DNA of 37,546 bases, from assembly GCA_039961895.1 (NCBI GenBank), contig JABRVU010000355.1, positions 1-37,546 on the forward strand, read 5' to 3'. Under the pieces are notes generated by a model. The model saw only the letters and a program-made list of their open reading frames with translations, was not told the origin of the DNA and searched no databases. The stretch comes from Phycisphaerae bacterium. Its GTDB lineage: Bacteria; Planctomycetota; Phycisphaerae; UBA1845; PWPN01. How positions within the stretch are numbered: the first letter of the stretch is position 1; each line of letters starts with the position of its first letter. Of the stretch, positions 1 to 9,186 are shown piece by piece. A program made the translations under genes and the position numbers.

Positions 1-1776
1 TATTCGCGCGATTACCTGCGCGTCACCGAGACGGCGAGCACCGAACACCACGGCGGCACGCCGTCCGGTGAACATCAGACGGCTCCGCGGGCTCATCTCA
101 GCGCCGCGACGACGGCGCCACAGGCTCATGGAAGCGCTCATGCCCCCGTGCCCGAGCGCGGCTACGAGCGCTATTTCGCGTTCATCGGCCTGTTCGTGTT
201 CAGCATGTGCGTGCTGGTGCTGGCCGGCAACTTCCTGCTGCTGTACCTGGGCTGGGAAGCGGTGGGTCTGTGCAGCTACCTGCTGATCGGCTTCTATTAC
301 CAGAGGCCGTCCGCGGCGGCCGCGGCCAAGAAGGCCTTCCTGGTCAACCGCATCGGCGATTTCGGCTTCGGGCTGGGCATCCTGTTCCTGTATCTGTGGC
401 TCGCGCCGCTGGCCGACGGGCGCAATCCGCTCGATTACGCGGTGGCGTTCGAGCTGGTCGGCCGGCTGGAGGAGTGGCAGGTCACGACCATCGCGTTGCT
501 GCTGTTCTGCGGGGCGGTGGGCAAGAGCGCCCAGTTGCCGCTGTACGTGTGGCTGCCGGACGCGATGGAGGGCCCCAGCCCGGTCTCGGCGCTGATCCAC
601 GCGGCCACGATGGTGACGGCCGGCGTGTACATGGTGGTGCGCTGCGGGCCGATCTTCACCCTCTCGGAGATCGCCCCGTCGGTCGTGGCGGCGGTGGGGG
701 CGGTGACGGCGCTGTACGCGGCCACCATCGCCGTCGCCCAGTACGACATGAAACGCATCCTGGCCTATTCGACCATCAGCCAGCTCGGCTACATGTTCCT
801 GGGCGTGGGGGTGCTGGCCGCGGACTCGGCCATCTTCCACCTGTTCACGCACGCTTTTTTCAAGGCCCTGCTCTTTCTGGCCGCCGGAAGCGTGATGCAC
901 GCCCTGGGCGGGATCATCGACGTGCGGCAGTTCGGCGGGCTGCGGCGGCTGCTTCCGGTGACCTGCGCGACCTTCGTGGTCGGGTCGCTGGCCCTGGCGG
1001 GGTTCCCGTTGCTGGCCGGCTTCTTCAGCAAGGACGAGATCATTCACGCGGCCTTCGGGCGGCATTGGGTGTTGGGCGCGATCGGGCTGGTGACGGCCGT
1101 CCTGACCGCCTTCTACACGTTCCGCATGGTGTTCCTGGCGTTTTCAGGTCCGCCGCGCGTGCCGGCGGGCGCCCATCCCCATGAGTCGGGCGGGTGGATG
1201 CTGGCGCCGCTGGTCGTGCTGGCGATCGGAGCGGTCGGAGCCGGATACGCCGGCGTTCGTTTCGGCCACGGCGGCTTTCTGGGGCTGTTCGCGCCGCATG
1301 GGGCGTTTCACCGTTTTCTGGAGCCGGTGGTCGAGCCCTACCGTTCGGCGAAGCTGCTGAGCGCGGGGCCCGAGGCGGCCGGCGGCCACGAAAGCCCGCT
1401 GCTGATGTACGTCTCGGCCGGGCTGGCCGTCGCGGGCATCCTGGCGGCGTACCTGTTGTACGCCCGGCGGCGCGACCTGGCCGAAGCGGTCCGGCGGGCC
1501 CTGCCCGAGGCTCACGATCTGTTGCACCACAAGTATTACGTGGACGAACTCAACGACGCGGTGGTCGTCCGGCCGCTGTGGGAGACCGGCCGGCTGTTTT
1601 ACGGCGTCGATCGCATCGTGGTGGACGGGCTGGTCTGGGCGGTGTCGGCGGTCCCGCGGGCCGTGGGCTTCCTCATCCGCCCGCTGGCCAACGGGGCCAT
1701 TCAGAGCTACGGCGTGACCATGACCGCGGGGCTGTTCCTGATGGTGCTGATCGTGTGGCTGGTGGGTAAGGGCTGA
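1..1776 (+). CDS. nuoL: NADH-quinone oxidoreductase subunit L (5' end outside window)
   Basis: Frame 1 is open from base 1 (YSRDYL...). Motifs GWEAVGLCSYLLIGF, NRIGD, GKSAQLPL..WLPDAMEGPSPVSALIHAATMV, AYSTISQLGYM, HLFTHAFFKALLF. Followed by nuoM and nuoN. Confidence 0.97.
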   Translation, partial: YSRDYLRVTETASTEHHGGTPSGEHQTAPRAHLSAATTAPQAHGSAHAPVPERGYERYFAFIGLFVFSMCVLVLAGNFLLLYLGWEAVGLCSYLLIGFYYQRPSAAAAAKKAFLVNRIGDFGFGLGILFLYLWLAPLADGRNPLDYAVAFELVGRLEEWQVTTIALLLFCGAVGKSAQLPLYVWLPDAMEGPSPVSALIHAATMVTAGVYMVVRCGPIFTLSEIAPSVVAAVGAVTALYAATIAVAQYDMKRILAYSTISQLGYMFLGVGVLAADSAIFHLFTHAFFKALLFLAAGSVMHALGGIIDVRQFGGLRRLLPVTCATFVVGSLALAGFPLLAGFFSKDEIIHAAFGRHWVLGAIGLVTAVLTAFYTFRMVFLAFSGPPRVPAGAHPHESGGWMLAPLVVLAIGAVGAGYAGVRFGHGGFLGLFAPHGAFHRFLEPVVEPYRSAKLLSAGPEAAGGHESPLLMYVSAGLAVAGILAAYLLYARRRDLAEAVRRALPEAHDLLHHKYYVDELNDAVVVRPLWETGRLFYGVDRIVVDGLVWAVSAVPRAVGFLIRPLANGAIQSYGVTMTAGLFLMVLIVWLVGKG

Positions 1777-3620
1777 TGATCGAGCTGCAAGAGTGGATTC
1801 TGACGTTGCTGATCGCGGCGCCGCTGGCCGGCGCGGCGGCAGTGGCCCTGTTCGGCACGGCCGGCGCCGGCGGGGACCGGCCGGCCGAGGGCACGTCCGC
1901 CCGAGGACTGGCCCTGGCCTTCTCGCTGCTGACGGCGGGGCTGGCGGTTGTGGCCGTCGCCCTGTTCTTCCAGGCCCGCGGGCCGACCGGTCGGCCCGTC
2001 GCCGACGGCGGCGAATACGCCCTGGTCCTGGACTTGAGCTGGGTCCGCGACACCGACAGCATCCGCCGGCAGGTCGATTTCCGCTATCACGTCGGGGTGG
2101 ACGGGCTGAGCCTCTGGCTGCTGGCCCTGACCGCGTTCATCACCCCGCTGGCCGTCTGGGCCAGTTTCAGCGGCATCCGCGATCGGCAGCGCGAATACTA
2201 CGCTCTCATGCTGCTGCTGGAGGCGGGGATGATCGGCGTGTTCTGCGCCCGCGACCTGCTGCTGTTCTACATCTTCTTCGAGTTCACGCTGGTGCCGCTG
2301 TTCCTGCTGATCGGCGTGTGGGGCGGGCCGCAGCGCCGGTCGGCGGCGGGCAAGTTCTTCCTCTACACTTTCGCGGGCAGCATGCTGACCTTCGCCGGCG
2401 TGCTGTACCTGGCCTGGCTGGCCGCCGCCCAGCACGGGGGCGTGTTCACCTTCGACCTGGAGAAGCTCTACGCCCTCCAGCTCACGCCGCGGCAGCAGGG
2501 CTGGCTGTTCCTGGCGTTTTTCGCCGGCTTCGCGATCAAGGTGCCGCTGTTCCCGTTTCACACCTGGTTGCCGCTGGCCCACACCGAGGCTCCGACCGCC
2601 GGCAGCGTGCTGCTGGCCGGCGTGCTGCTGAAGCTGGGGACGTACGGCTTCCTGCGGTTCAGCCTGCCCATGCTGCCGGAGGCCGCCCGGGCCTTCGCGC
2701 CGTTCATGGCCGTCCTGGCGATCATCGGCATCATCTACGGGGCCCTGGTCGCGTGGGTGCAGGACGATTTCAAGCGGCTGATCGCGTATTCATCGGTCTC
2801 GCACCTGGGTTTCTGCATGTTGGGCATGTTCGCGCTGAACACGGCCGGGCTGACCGGCGCGCTGTTGTACATGGTCAACCACGGGCTCTCGACCGGGGCG
2901 CTGTTCCTGGTGGTGGGGATGATCTACGAGCGCTATCACACCCGCGCGTTCGGCCGGGTGGGCGGGCTGGCCCGGCGGATGCCGTGGATGGCGTTTTTCC
3001 TGCTGTTCTTCGTATTGAGCAGCATCGCCCTGCCGGGGCTCAACGGGTTCGTGAGCGAGTTCCTGGTGTTGCTGGGGACGTTCACCTCGGGGCGCGCGGA
3101 GGGCGGATACCCGGCCGGGCCGCTGGGCGCGCCTTACGCGATCCTCGCGGCGACCGGGATCATCCTGGGGGCGGTGTACATGCTGGCCTTCGCCGGCAAG
3201 GTGCTGTTCGGGCCGCTGCGCGAGCCGGAGCACACGCCGGACGTTTCCGGCGGTCTGACCGCCGACCTGACCCGCCGCGAGATCGCCATCCTGACGCCGA
3301 TCGCGCTGGCCTGCGTTCTGATCGGCGTCTATCCCGGGATGCTGACCGCCAGCATCCAGCCGGCCGTCGAGCGGCAGGTGCTGGCCCGGGTGTTCGCGGC
3401 CGACGGATACGAGCTGGCGTCCGACAGCGGATTGCGGAATGCGGATGGCGGATTGAAAACCGCCTCGCCGGGCGTTCCGACGACCCTGGTCAGCAGCAGG
3501 ACGGAAGGCACGGGCCGGCGGGAGGCTTTCTCACCTCCCCCTTCTCACTTCTCCCTGCCTCGCTACGGTTTCAATGATTCGAGAGCCGCATCGGCCGCGC
3601 GGGAGGAGGCCCGCCGATGA
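1776..3620 (+). CDS. nuoM: NADH-quinone oxidoreductase subunit M, with C-terminal extension
   Basis: GVDGLS, FYIFFE, KVPLFPFHTWLPLAHTEAPTAGSVLLAGVLLKLGTYG, AYSSVSHLG, LPGLNGFVSEF. TGATG overlap with the nuoL stop. Confidence 0.97.
   Translation: MIELQEWILTLLIAAPLAGAAAVALFGTAGAGGDRPAEGTSARGLALAFSLLTAGLAVVAVALFFQARGPTGRPVADGGEYALVLDLSWVRDTDSIRRQVDFRYHVGVDGLSLWLLALTAFITPLAVWASFSGIRDRQREYYALMLLLEAGMIGVFCARDLLLFYIFFEFTLVPLFLLIGVWGGPQRRSAAGKFFLYTFAGSMLTFAGVLYLAWLAAAQHGGVFTFDLEKLYALQLTPRQQGWLFLAFFAGFAIKVPLFPFHTWLPLAHTEAPTAGSVLLAGVLLKLGTYGFLRFSLPMLPEAARAFAPFMAVLAIIGIIYGALVAWVQDDFKRLIAYSSVSHLGFCMLGMFALNTAGLTGALLYMVNHGLSTGALFLVVGMIYERYHTRAFGRVGGLARRMPWMAFFLLFFVLSSIALPGLNGFVSEFLVLLGTFTSGRAEGGYPAGPLGAPYAILAATGIILGAVYMLAFAGKVLFGPLREPEHTPDVSGGLTADLTRREIAILTPIALACVLIGVYPGMLTASIQPAVERQVLARVFAADGYELASDSGLRNADGGLKTASPGVPTTLVSSRTEGTGRREAFSPPPSHFSLPRYGFNDSRAASAAREEARR
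3427..3555. repeat. Two short tandem heptamer arrays inside the nuoM 3' extension
   Basis: GCGGATT/GCGGAAT/GCGGATG/GCGGATT at 3427-3454 and TTCTCAC/CTCCCCC/TTCTCAC/TTCTCCC at 3528-3555. Confidence 0.7.
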
Positions 3621-5302
3621 ACGACCTTTTCGGCCTGCTGGCTCCCGAGTTGATCGTGACGGGCGGGGCGGCAGCGGTTCTGCTGCTGGGCGTCAGCGCC
3701 GCCGAGCCCGCCCGCGGCTATACCCGCCTGGTGGCGCTGTTCAGCGTGTTCCTGGCCTTCTGCGTCACCTGGTATGACCCGGTCGAGAAGCCCGTCGAGC
3801 TGGCGGGGATGCGCTTCGGCCCGCTGTCTTATTACGTCCGGCTGATCGCCCTGTCCATCGGGATGCTGGTGTTGCTGGTCAACTGGCATCTGCCGGCGCC
3901 GCAGGAGCGCGGCGAGCACTTCGCCATGATCCTGTTCAGCCTGACCGGGATCATGCTGACCAGTCTGGCCGATGACCTGGTGCTGCTGTTCCTGGCCGTC
4001 GAGCTGGTCAGCGTGCCGAACTACGTGCTGGTGTCCATCGGGCGCAGCGACATCCGGGCCCAGGAGGCGGGCCTGAAGTATTTCTTCCTGGGCGCGCTCT
4101 CGGCCGGGCTGCTGGTCTATGGTTTCAGCTTCCTGTACGGGGCCTCGGGGACGACGGTGTTGAGCCGGATGTCGCTGGCCGAGGAGGGCGGCTTCGTGAC
4201 CGTCGGGCTGCTGCTGGCCTTCTGCGGGCTGGCGTTCAAGGTCGCGGCCGTTCCGTTTCACACCTACGCCGCCGACGTGTATCAGGGCGCCGCCGCGCCC
4301 GTCACCGGTCTGCTGGGGTTCTTTCCGAAGGTCGCGGGTTTCGTGGCCTTCATCAAGCTGTTGCTGCTGGTTCAGCCGCCGGCCCAGGTGCTGGCCCGCG
4401 GATGGGACCTGCCTTCGCCGGCGTTCGTGTTCCTGTGGATGGCGGCGGCGGCGACCATGACCGTCGGCAACGTGCTGGGTCTGATGCAGAGCAACGTGAA
4501 ACGGATGCTGGCTTATTCGAGCATCGCCCATTCGGGGTACATGCTGGTGGCCTTGCTGGCCGGTCCGGTGGTCAGCGGCGGTCCGCTGCGCGACGGGCTG
4601 TCGGCCATGCTGTTTTACATCGTGATCTACGGGGTGATGAACCTGGGGGCGTTCGCGGTGCTGGCCCTGATCCAGGTCCGCGGGGCCCCGGCCGAGGAGC
4701 TGGACGACCTGGCCGGGCTGTCCCGGCGGGAGCCCCTGGCGGCATTGGCCCTGGCGGTCTGCGTGTTCAGCCTGATGGGCATGCCGCCGACGGCCGGCTT
4801 CTTCGGCAAGGTCTACGTGTTCAGCACGGCCCTGGCGACCGATCCTTCGATGGGCCGCGGTCCGGCGATGGTGGCCTTGGCGGTCGTGGGGCTGCTCAAT
4901 TCGGCGGTGGCGGCCGGGTATTACCTGCGGATCGTGGCGGCCTGCTACCTGCGCGAGCCGGTGGCCGAACCGGCGGCCCGTCCGCGCGATCACGGCGTCA
5001 GGCTCGGCCTGCTGGGCTGTTGCGTGGCGGTTCTGGTGCTGGGCGTCTGGCCCGAGGGGCTGCTCAAGATGGCCCGGATGCCCTTCGACGATCTCACCGC
5101 GCCGGCCGGGGCGGTCACGCGGCTCGAACAGAATCCGCCGCTCATCCTTCCGGCGATTCCGGCGGTGAACGGCGAGCCGCTGGTGATGACGCATCCTCGA
5201 CCGCCGGGTCAGGGACAATTACCGCAGCCCCGGATTGTGTCACCGACCCTCGCCCCTCCGTCGTCGGCGTTTTTGATTGAATCGACGGGGACCAAGCGAT
5301 AA
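3617..5302 (+). CDS. nuoN: NADH-quinone oxidoreductase subunit N, with Pro-rich C-terminal tail
   Basis: EAGLKYFFLG, FKVAAVPFH..AADVYQGA, KRMLAYSSIAHSGY, GMPPTAGFFGK, YYLRI. ATGA overlap with nuoM. Confidence 0.97.
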   Translation: MNDLFGLLAPELIVTGGAAAVLLLGVSAAEPARGYTRLVALFSVFLAFCVTWYDPVEKPVELAGMRFGPLSYYVRLIALSIGMLVLLVNWHLPAPQERGEHFAMILFSLTGIMLTSLADDLVLLFLAVELVSVPNYVLVSIGRSDIRAQEAGLKYFFLGALSAGLLVYGFSFLYGASGTTVLSRMSLAEEGGFVTVGLLLAFCGLAFKVAAVPFHTYAADVYQGAAAPVTGLLGFFPKVAGFVAFIKLLLLVQPPAQVLARGWDLPSPAFVFLWMAAAATMTVGNVLGLMQSNVKRMLAYSSIAHSGYMLVALLAGPVVSGGPLRDGLSAMLFYIVIYGVMNLGAFAVLALIQVRGAPAEELDDLAGLSRREPLAALALAVCVFSLMGMPPTAGFFGKVYVFSTALATDPSMGRGPAMVALAVVGLLNSAVAAGYYLRIVAACYLREPVAEPAARPRDHGVRLGLLGCCVAVLVLGVWPEGLLKMARMPFDDLTAPAGAVTRLEQNPPLILPAIPAVNGEPLVMTHPRPPGQGQLPQPRIVSPTLAPPSSAFLIESTGTKR

Positions 5303-5349
5303 AGTAGAGCATTGGCCATGGGGACGGACGAGGGAGAAAAGAGGCCGCC

Positions 5350-6366
5350 ATGTCAAGGCTTCTCCATCGGCGCTTTACGTCGGCAGTCGCCCTCGTGCCG
5401 CTGCTCGGCACGGTGGTTGGAGCAGCCCCGCTTCCTCCCGACGGGTATCAGTGCAAGGACCACCCGGCCGCATCCTGCGACGTGCATTACCGGTCTGACC
5501 GGCCGGCGTACCTGGTACCCGCGAACATCGTCGCCGCCTTGGCCTCAGACCACGTGGGCTTATTACCGGGCGTGACCACCACGACCGTCTATCTGGATCC
5601 CGCGACCGGTCGGCTGACGTTCGAGTACCAGGTCGAGGCCACGACCTTCGCCATCCAGAGGGCGTCGCTGGACGGGCTCTGGGCGGTGACGATCTTCGAC
5701 GCCGGGTCCGACGGATCGGGCCATTCGGGCGGGGCTCTGCTCGCCCCGAGCTGGCTCGACGGCGACCCCTATTCCATCTATCGGGCCGACTCGCCCTTCG
5801 GCGACTCGCCGGCGTGGAATTTCCGGGAAGCGGGTCTCGGCACCAGCATCGGGGGCGCGGGCGCGACGGAGAGATCCGCGCGCATCTGGTTCGAGACCGA
5901 CGCGGGGTCCGCCCAAGCCGGTTCGGCGGCCTACCTGGGGCCCGGGGCCCGTTCCGCGACGGCGGCGGTGCTGGTCCCCTCCGCCGTGCCCGACCGGGAC
6001 CTGGACGGCGTGCTGGACGGGCTCGACAACTGCCCGCTCTCTCCCAACGCCGACCAGCTCGACGCGGACGGCGACGGCACAGGCGACGCCTGCGACGCCT
6101 GCCCGGATACGCCCGTCGGAACGCTGGTCAACGTCCGCGGCTGTCCGGCGACGCCGGGCGACTCTGATCTCGACGCCGACGTGGACGCAGACGACCTGGC
6201 CATCTTCGTGTCCTGTTTGACCGGTCCGCATATCGGACCGGTGTCGTCGGCCTGCGAGCGCATGAACCTCGACGGGGACGGCGACGTCGATCACGTCGAT
6301 TTCGGGCTGTTCCAGCGGTGCATCAGCGGCCCCGGGCGGGTCGCGTCGGCCGGCTGCCTGGACTGA
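5350..6366 (+). CDS. Secreted protein with thrombospondin type-3 Ca-binding repeats and a C-terminal dockerin/EF-hand-like domain
   Basis: N-terminal signal-like segment; DRDLDGVLDGLDNCP..NADQLDADGDGTGDACD; GDSDLDADVDADDL..C and NLDGDGDVDHVDFGLFQRC; purine-rich RBS (GAGG) upstream. Confidence 0.8.
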   Translation: MSRLLHRRFTSAVALVPLLGTVVGAAPLPPDGYQCKDHPAASCDVHYRSDRPAYLVPANIVAALASDHVGLLPGVTTTTVYLDPATGRLTFEYQVEATTFAIQRASLDGLWAVTIFDAGSDGSGHSGGALLAPSWLDGDPYSIYRADSPFGDSPAWNFREAGLGTSIGGAGATERSARIWFETDAGSAQAGSAAYLGPGARSATAAVLVPSAVPDRDLDGVLDGLDNCPLSPNADQLDADGDGTGDACDACPDTPVGTLVNVRGCPATPGDSDLDADVDADDLAIFVSCLTGPHIGPVSSACERMNLDGDGDVDHVDFGLFQRCISGPGRVASAGCLD

Positions 6367-6390
6367 CCGCCGAGCGGGCGTTCGTCCCGA

Positions 6391-6418
6391 TTGCGTCAGC
6401 GTGCCGCGGCGATAGACT
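6391..6418 (+). promoter_or_regulatory. Putative sigma70 promoter (near-leaderless) for the UbiA-family gene
   Basis: TTGCGT-N16-TAGACT; ATG 8 nt after the -10 box; no SD. Confidence 0.45.
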
Positions 6419-6426
6419 GTCGGGCC

Positions 6427-7308
6427 ATGTGGGACTACTTCCGTCTGATGCGCCCGGCCCAGTGGGTCAAGAACGTATTCGTCTTCGCGGCCCTGGTCTT
6501 CGGCAACCGGCTCCACGACGGGCGGGCGGTGGCGGTGTCGCTGGCCGCCTTCATCGCGTTCTGCCTGGCTTCTTCGTGCGGATACGTCTTCAACGACATC
6601 CTGGACCGCGAGCGCGACCGGCATCACCCGGTGAAGAAGCTCCGACCGGTGGCCAGCGGGGCAGTCAGCCTGCGGATGGCCGGCCTGTTGAGCCTGCTCC
6701 TGGCCGTCGCCGCCTGCCTGGTGAGCATCCGCCTGCCGGGCGTCTTCCAGTTCACCTTGTGCGTGTACGTGGCCTTGAGCCTGGTCTACTCCCTGGCCCT
6801 CAAGCACCGCATGTTGCTGGACGTGATCACCATCGCGGTGCTCTTCGTGATCCGGGCGGTGGCCGGCGCCCTGGCCATTCAGGTGCACTCCTCTCCCTGG
6901 CTGCTGGTTTGCACGTTCATGCTCTGCCTGTTCCTGGGCTTCGGCAAGCGGCGCTGCGAAATCGCCATGCTGGGCAACGGCGATCTCCAGGGGCATCGGC
7001 GGACCCTCGACCGCTACACGCCCGACCTGCTCAATCAGCTCCTGAGCACCTCGGGCGGCATTGCCATCATCACCTTTCTGCTCTACACCCTGGAGCGCGA
7101 CCCCCAGGGCCCCTTCGGGGACCGTCGGCAGGACCTGCTCTATACCCTGCCGCTGGTGGTCTACGGCATCTACCGCTACGCGATGCTGATCGAGCTGGGC
7201 AAGGCCACCGGCCCGACCGACCTGATGATCAAGGACCCGCCCTTCCTGGGCGCCGTCGGTTTGTGGCTTCTGGCCGCCGGGTATGTCCTGTACGGCCCGA
7301 TGCGCTGA
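6427..7308 (+). CDS. UbiA-family prenyltransferase (decaprenyl-phosphate phosphoribosyltransferase-like)
   Basis: MRPAQWVKNVFVF, YVFNDILDRERDRHHPVKKLRPVASG, GKRRCE; multiple TM helices. ATG at 6427 preferred to TTG at 6391. Confidence 0.9.
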   Translation: MWDYFRLMRPAQWVKNVFVFAALVFGNRLHDGRAVAVSLAAFIAFCLASSCGYVFNDILDRERDRHHPVKKLRPVASGAVSLRMAGLLSLLLAVAACLVSIRLPGVFQFTLCVYVALSLVYSLALKHRMLLDVITIAVLFVIRAVAGALAIQVHSSPWLLVCTFMLCLFLGFGKRRCEIAMLGNGDLQGHRRTLDRYTPDLLNQLLSTSGGIAIITFLLYTLERDPQGPFGDRRQDLLYTLPLVVYGIYRYAMLIELGKATGPTDLMIKDPPFLGAVGLWLLAAGYVLYGPMR

Positions 7309-7336
7309 TTGACTGACCCCCGTTGCGGACTAGAAT
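7309..7336 (+). promoter_or_regulatory. Putative sigma70 promoter
   Basis: TTGACT-N16-TAGAAT immediately after the UbiA stop, ~185 nt upstream of the kinase GTG. Confidence 0.6.
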
Positions 7337-7521
7337 CTAGTGTGACAGGGCTGATCCGTAGGCCTGGGACGCCGACGAAGGCTCTTCACCATGTCGCAGA
7401 CCGATAAGCAGGATTGTTCCCGGCACGGGCCGGCTTGTGACACGCGGCGGGCCCGCGGGCGATCCGCTGCGGTTCCGCGCCTGATCGTCCATCCGCTCGC
7501 ACGGGGAGATCGAGGTCGTAC

Positions 7522-9186
7522 GTGGCCACTTTGCACGTCTTGCAAGGCCCCGACAAGGGGCGGACCTTTCGCACCATGAACGAGCCGGCGGTGCTCGGGC
7601 GTGAGAGCGATCAGATTCCGCTCAGCGACCGTACGGTTTCCCGTCACCATGCCCAGGTCCACCCCGACAACGGTTCCTGGGTGCTGACCGATCTGAACAG
7701 CGCGAATGGGACTTACGTCAACGGCGTTCGGGTCCGCACGCCGGTGCGTCTCAAGCACGGGGACCAGATCAAGCTCGGGTCCACGCTGATCGTCTACGCC
7801 GGCGATCAGTCCATGGAAAAACTGAGCGGCCCGAACATCCCGCGGGACATGATCGACCTCGACGCCAGCAGCCCGAACTTCGATTCGGCGATCCTGTCGT
7901 CGGCCGGCAGCGAGGACTCGATCATCATCGCCGGGCCGGAAGTGGCCGAGGCCGCCCGGGCCTGGAAGGTGATGTCCGAGATCACCGCCGCCATCGGCGC
8001 GATTATCGACCCCGATCAGCTCCTGGAGCGCGTCATGGACGTGATCCTCGAGGAGCTGCCCATCGACCGCGGTTTCATCCTGATGTACGACCGCAAGGGC
8101 GAGGAGCTGGTGCCGCAGGTGGTCCGGTATCGGCGCGGCGTGCGGGCCAAGAAGCAGAAGATCACCACCAGCCGGCGGATCATCCAGCACGTGCTCGATC
8201 ACCGGGCCGCGGTTCTGTGCACCAACGCCATGGACGACAAGCGCTTCCGCACCGACGCGGCCCAGGACAGCATCACCGACTTCGGGCTGCACTCGGTGAT
8301 CTGCGCTCCCATCATGGTCAAGGACCTGTTGCTGGGGGTGATCCACATCGACTCGGCGGCGACCGCCCATACGTACACGCCCGAACAGCTCCGGCTGATG
8401 GGGGCCATCGGGCAGATGACCGGGATGGCCATCCAGAACGCCCGTCTGGTCCAGCAGCAGATGCAGTTGGCCCGGCTGGCGGCCACCGGCGAGACCGTCG
8501 CCTACCTCTCGCACCATATCAAGAACGTGCTCCAGGGCATTCAGAGCGGCGGGGACCTGGTGACCCTCGGCCTCAAGCAGCAGAAGATCGAGGTCGTCCA
8601 GCAGGGCTGGGGCATCGTCGAGCGCAACCTCGAGCGCATCCTGAGACTGAGCACCAATATGCTGGCCTTCAGCAAGACGCGCGAGCCGCGCCTGGTCCAG
8701 AACTATCTCAACCGGATCATCGCCGATGCCGTCCAGCTCGCCCAGAAACGCGCCGACGAAAAGAACGTGGTGCTGCTCGCGGATTTCGAGGAGTCCATCC
8801 CGCCCATGCCGCTGGATGAGGAGGGCATCCATCAGGCCGTGTTGAACATCATCACCAACGCCATTGACGCCGCGCCCTCCAAGAGCGGCGTCGTGAACGT
8901 CAATACGCTGTTCTTTGCCGAGGAAGGCATCGCCGACATCGTCGTGCGCGACAACGGGCCGGGCATCGAGCAGGACAAAATTGAAGAAATTTTTGAGCCA
9001 TTCAAGTCAAGCAAGGGCCAAGCCGGCACCGGTCTGGGGTTGGCGGTCGCCCGCAAGGTCATCCGTGAGCATCACGGACGGATAGTCGTCGAGAGCCGTC
9101 CCGGCGAAGGCACGACGTTCCGCATCCGGCTGCCGGTTCAGGAGCTCTCGCGGGCCAGCGAAGAGACCTATTCCACGCTTCAGTAG
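7522..9186 (+). CDS. FHA-GAF-HisKA-HATPase sensor histidine kinase (cytoplasmic)
   Basis: FHA motifs LGR, VSRHHA, SANGTYVNG; GAF SVICAPI..LLGVIHID; H-box SHHIKN; N-box NIITNAIDA; DNGPGI, FEPF, GTGLGL. Confidence 0.92.
   Translation: MATLHVLQGPDKGRTFRTMNEPAVLGRESDQIPLSDRTVSRHHAQVHPDNGSWVLTDLNSANGTYVNGVRVRTPVRLKHGDQIKLGSTLIVYAGDQSMEKLSGPNIPRDMIDLDASSPNFDSAILSSAGSEDSIIIAGPEVAEAARAWKVMSEITAAIGAIIDPDQLLERVMDVILEELPIDRGFILMYDRKGEELVPQVVRYRRGVRAKKQKITTSRRIIQHVLDHRAAVLCTNAMDDKRFRTDAAQDSITDFGLHSVICAPIMVKDLLLGVIHIDSAATAHTYTPEQLRLMGAIGQMTGMAIQNARLVQQQMQLARLAATGETVAYLSHHIKNVLQGIQSGGDLVTLGLKQQKIEVVQQGWGIVERNLERILRLSTNMLAFSKTREPRLVQNYLNRIIADAVQLAQKRADEKNVVLLADFEESIPPMPLDEEGIHQAVLNIITNAIDAAPSKSGVVNVNTLFFAEEGIADIVVRDNGPGIEQDKIEEIFEPFKSSKGQAGTGLGLAVARKVIREHHGRIVVESRPGEGTTFRIRLPVQELSRASEETYSTLQ

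Noticed and set aside
7345-7385. Resemblance to a c-di-GMP-I riboswitch (ACAGGGC...GGGACGC)
   Set aside because: Lacks GGCAAA, the GNRA tetraloop, GCAAAG and a P2 receptor.
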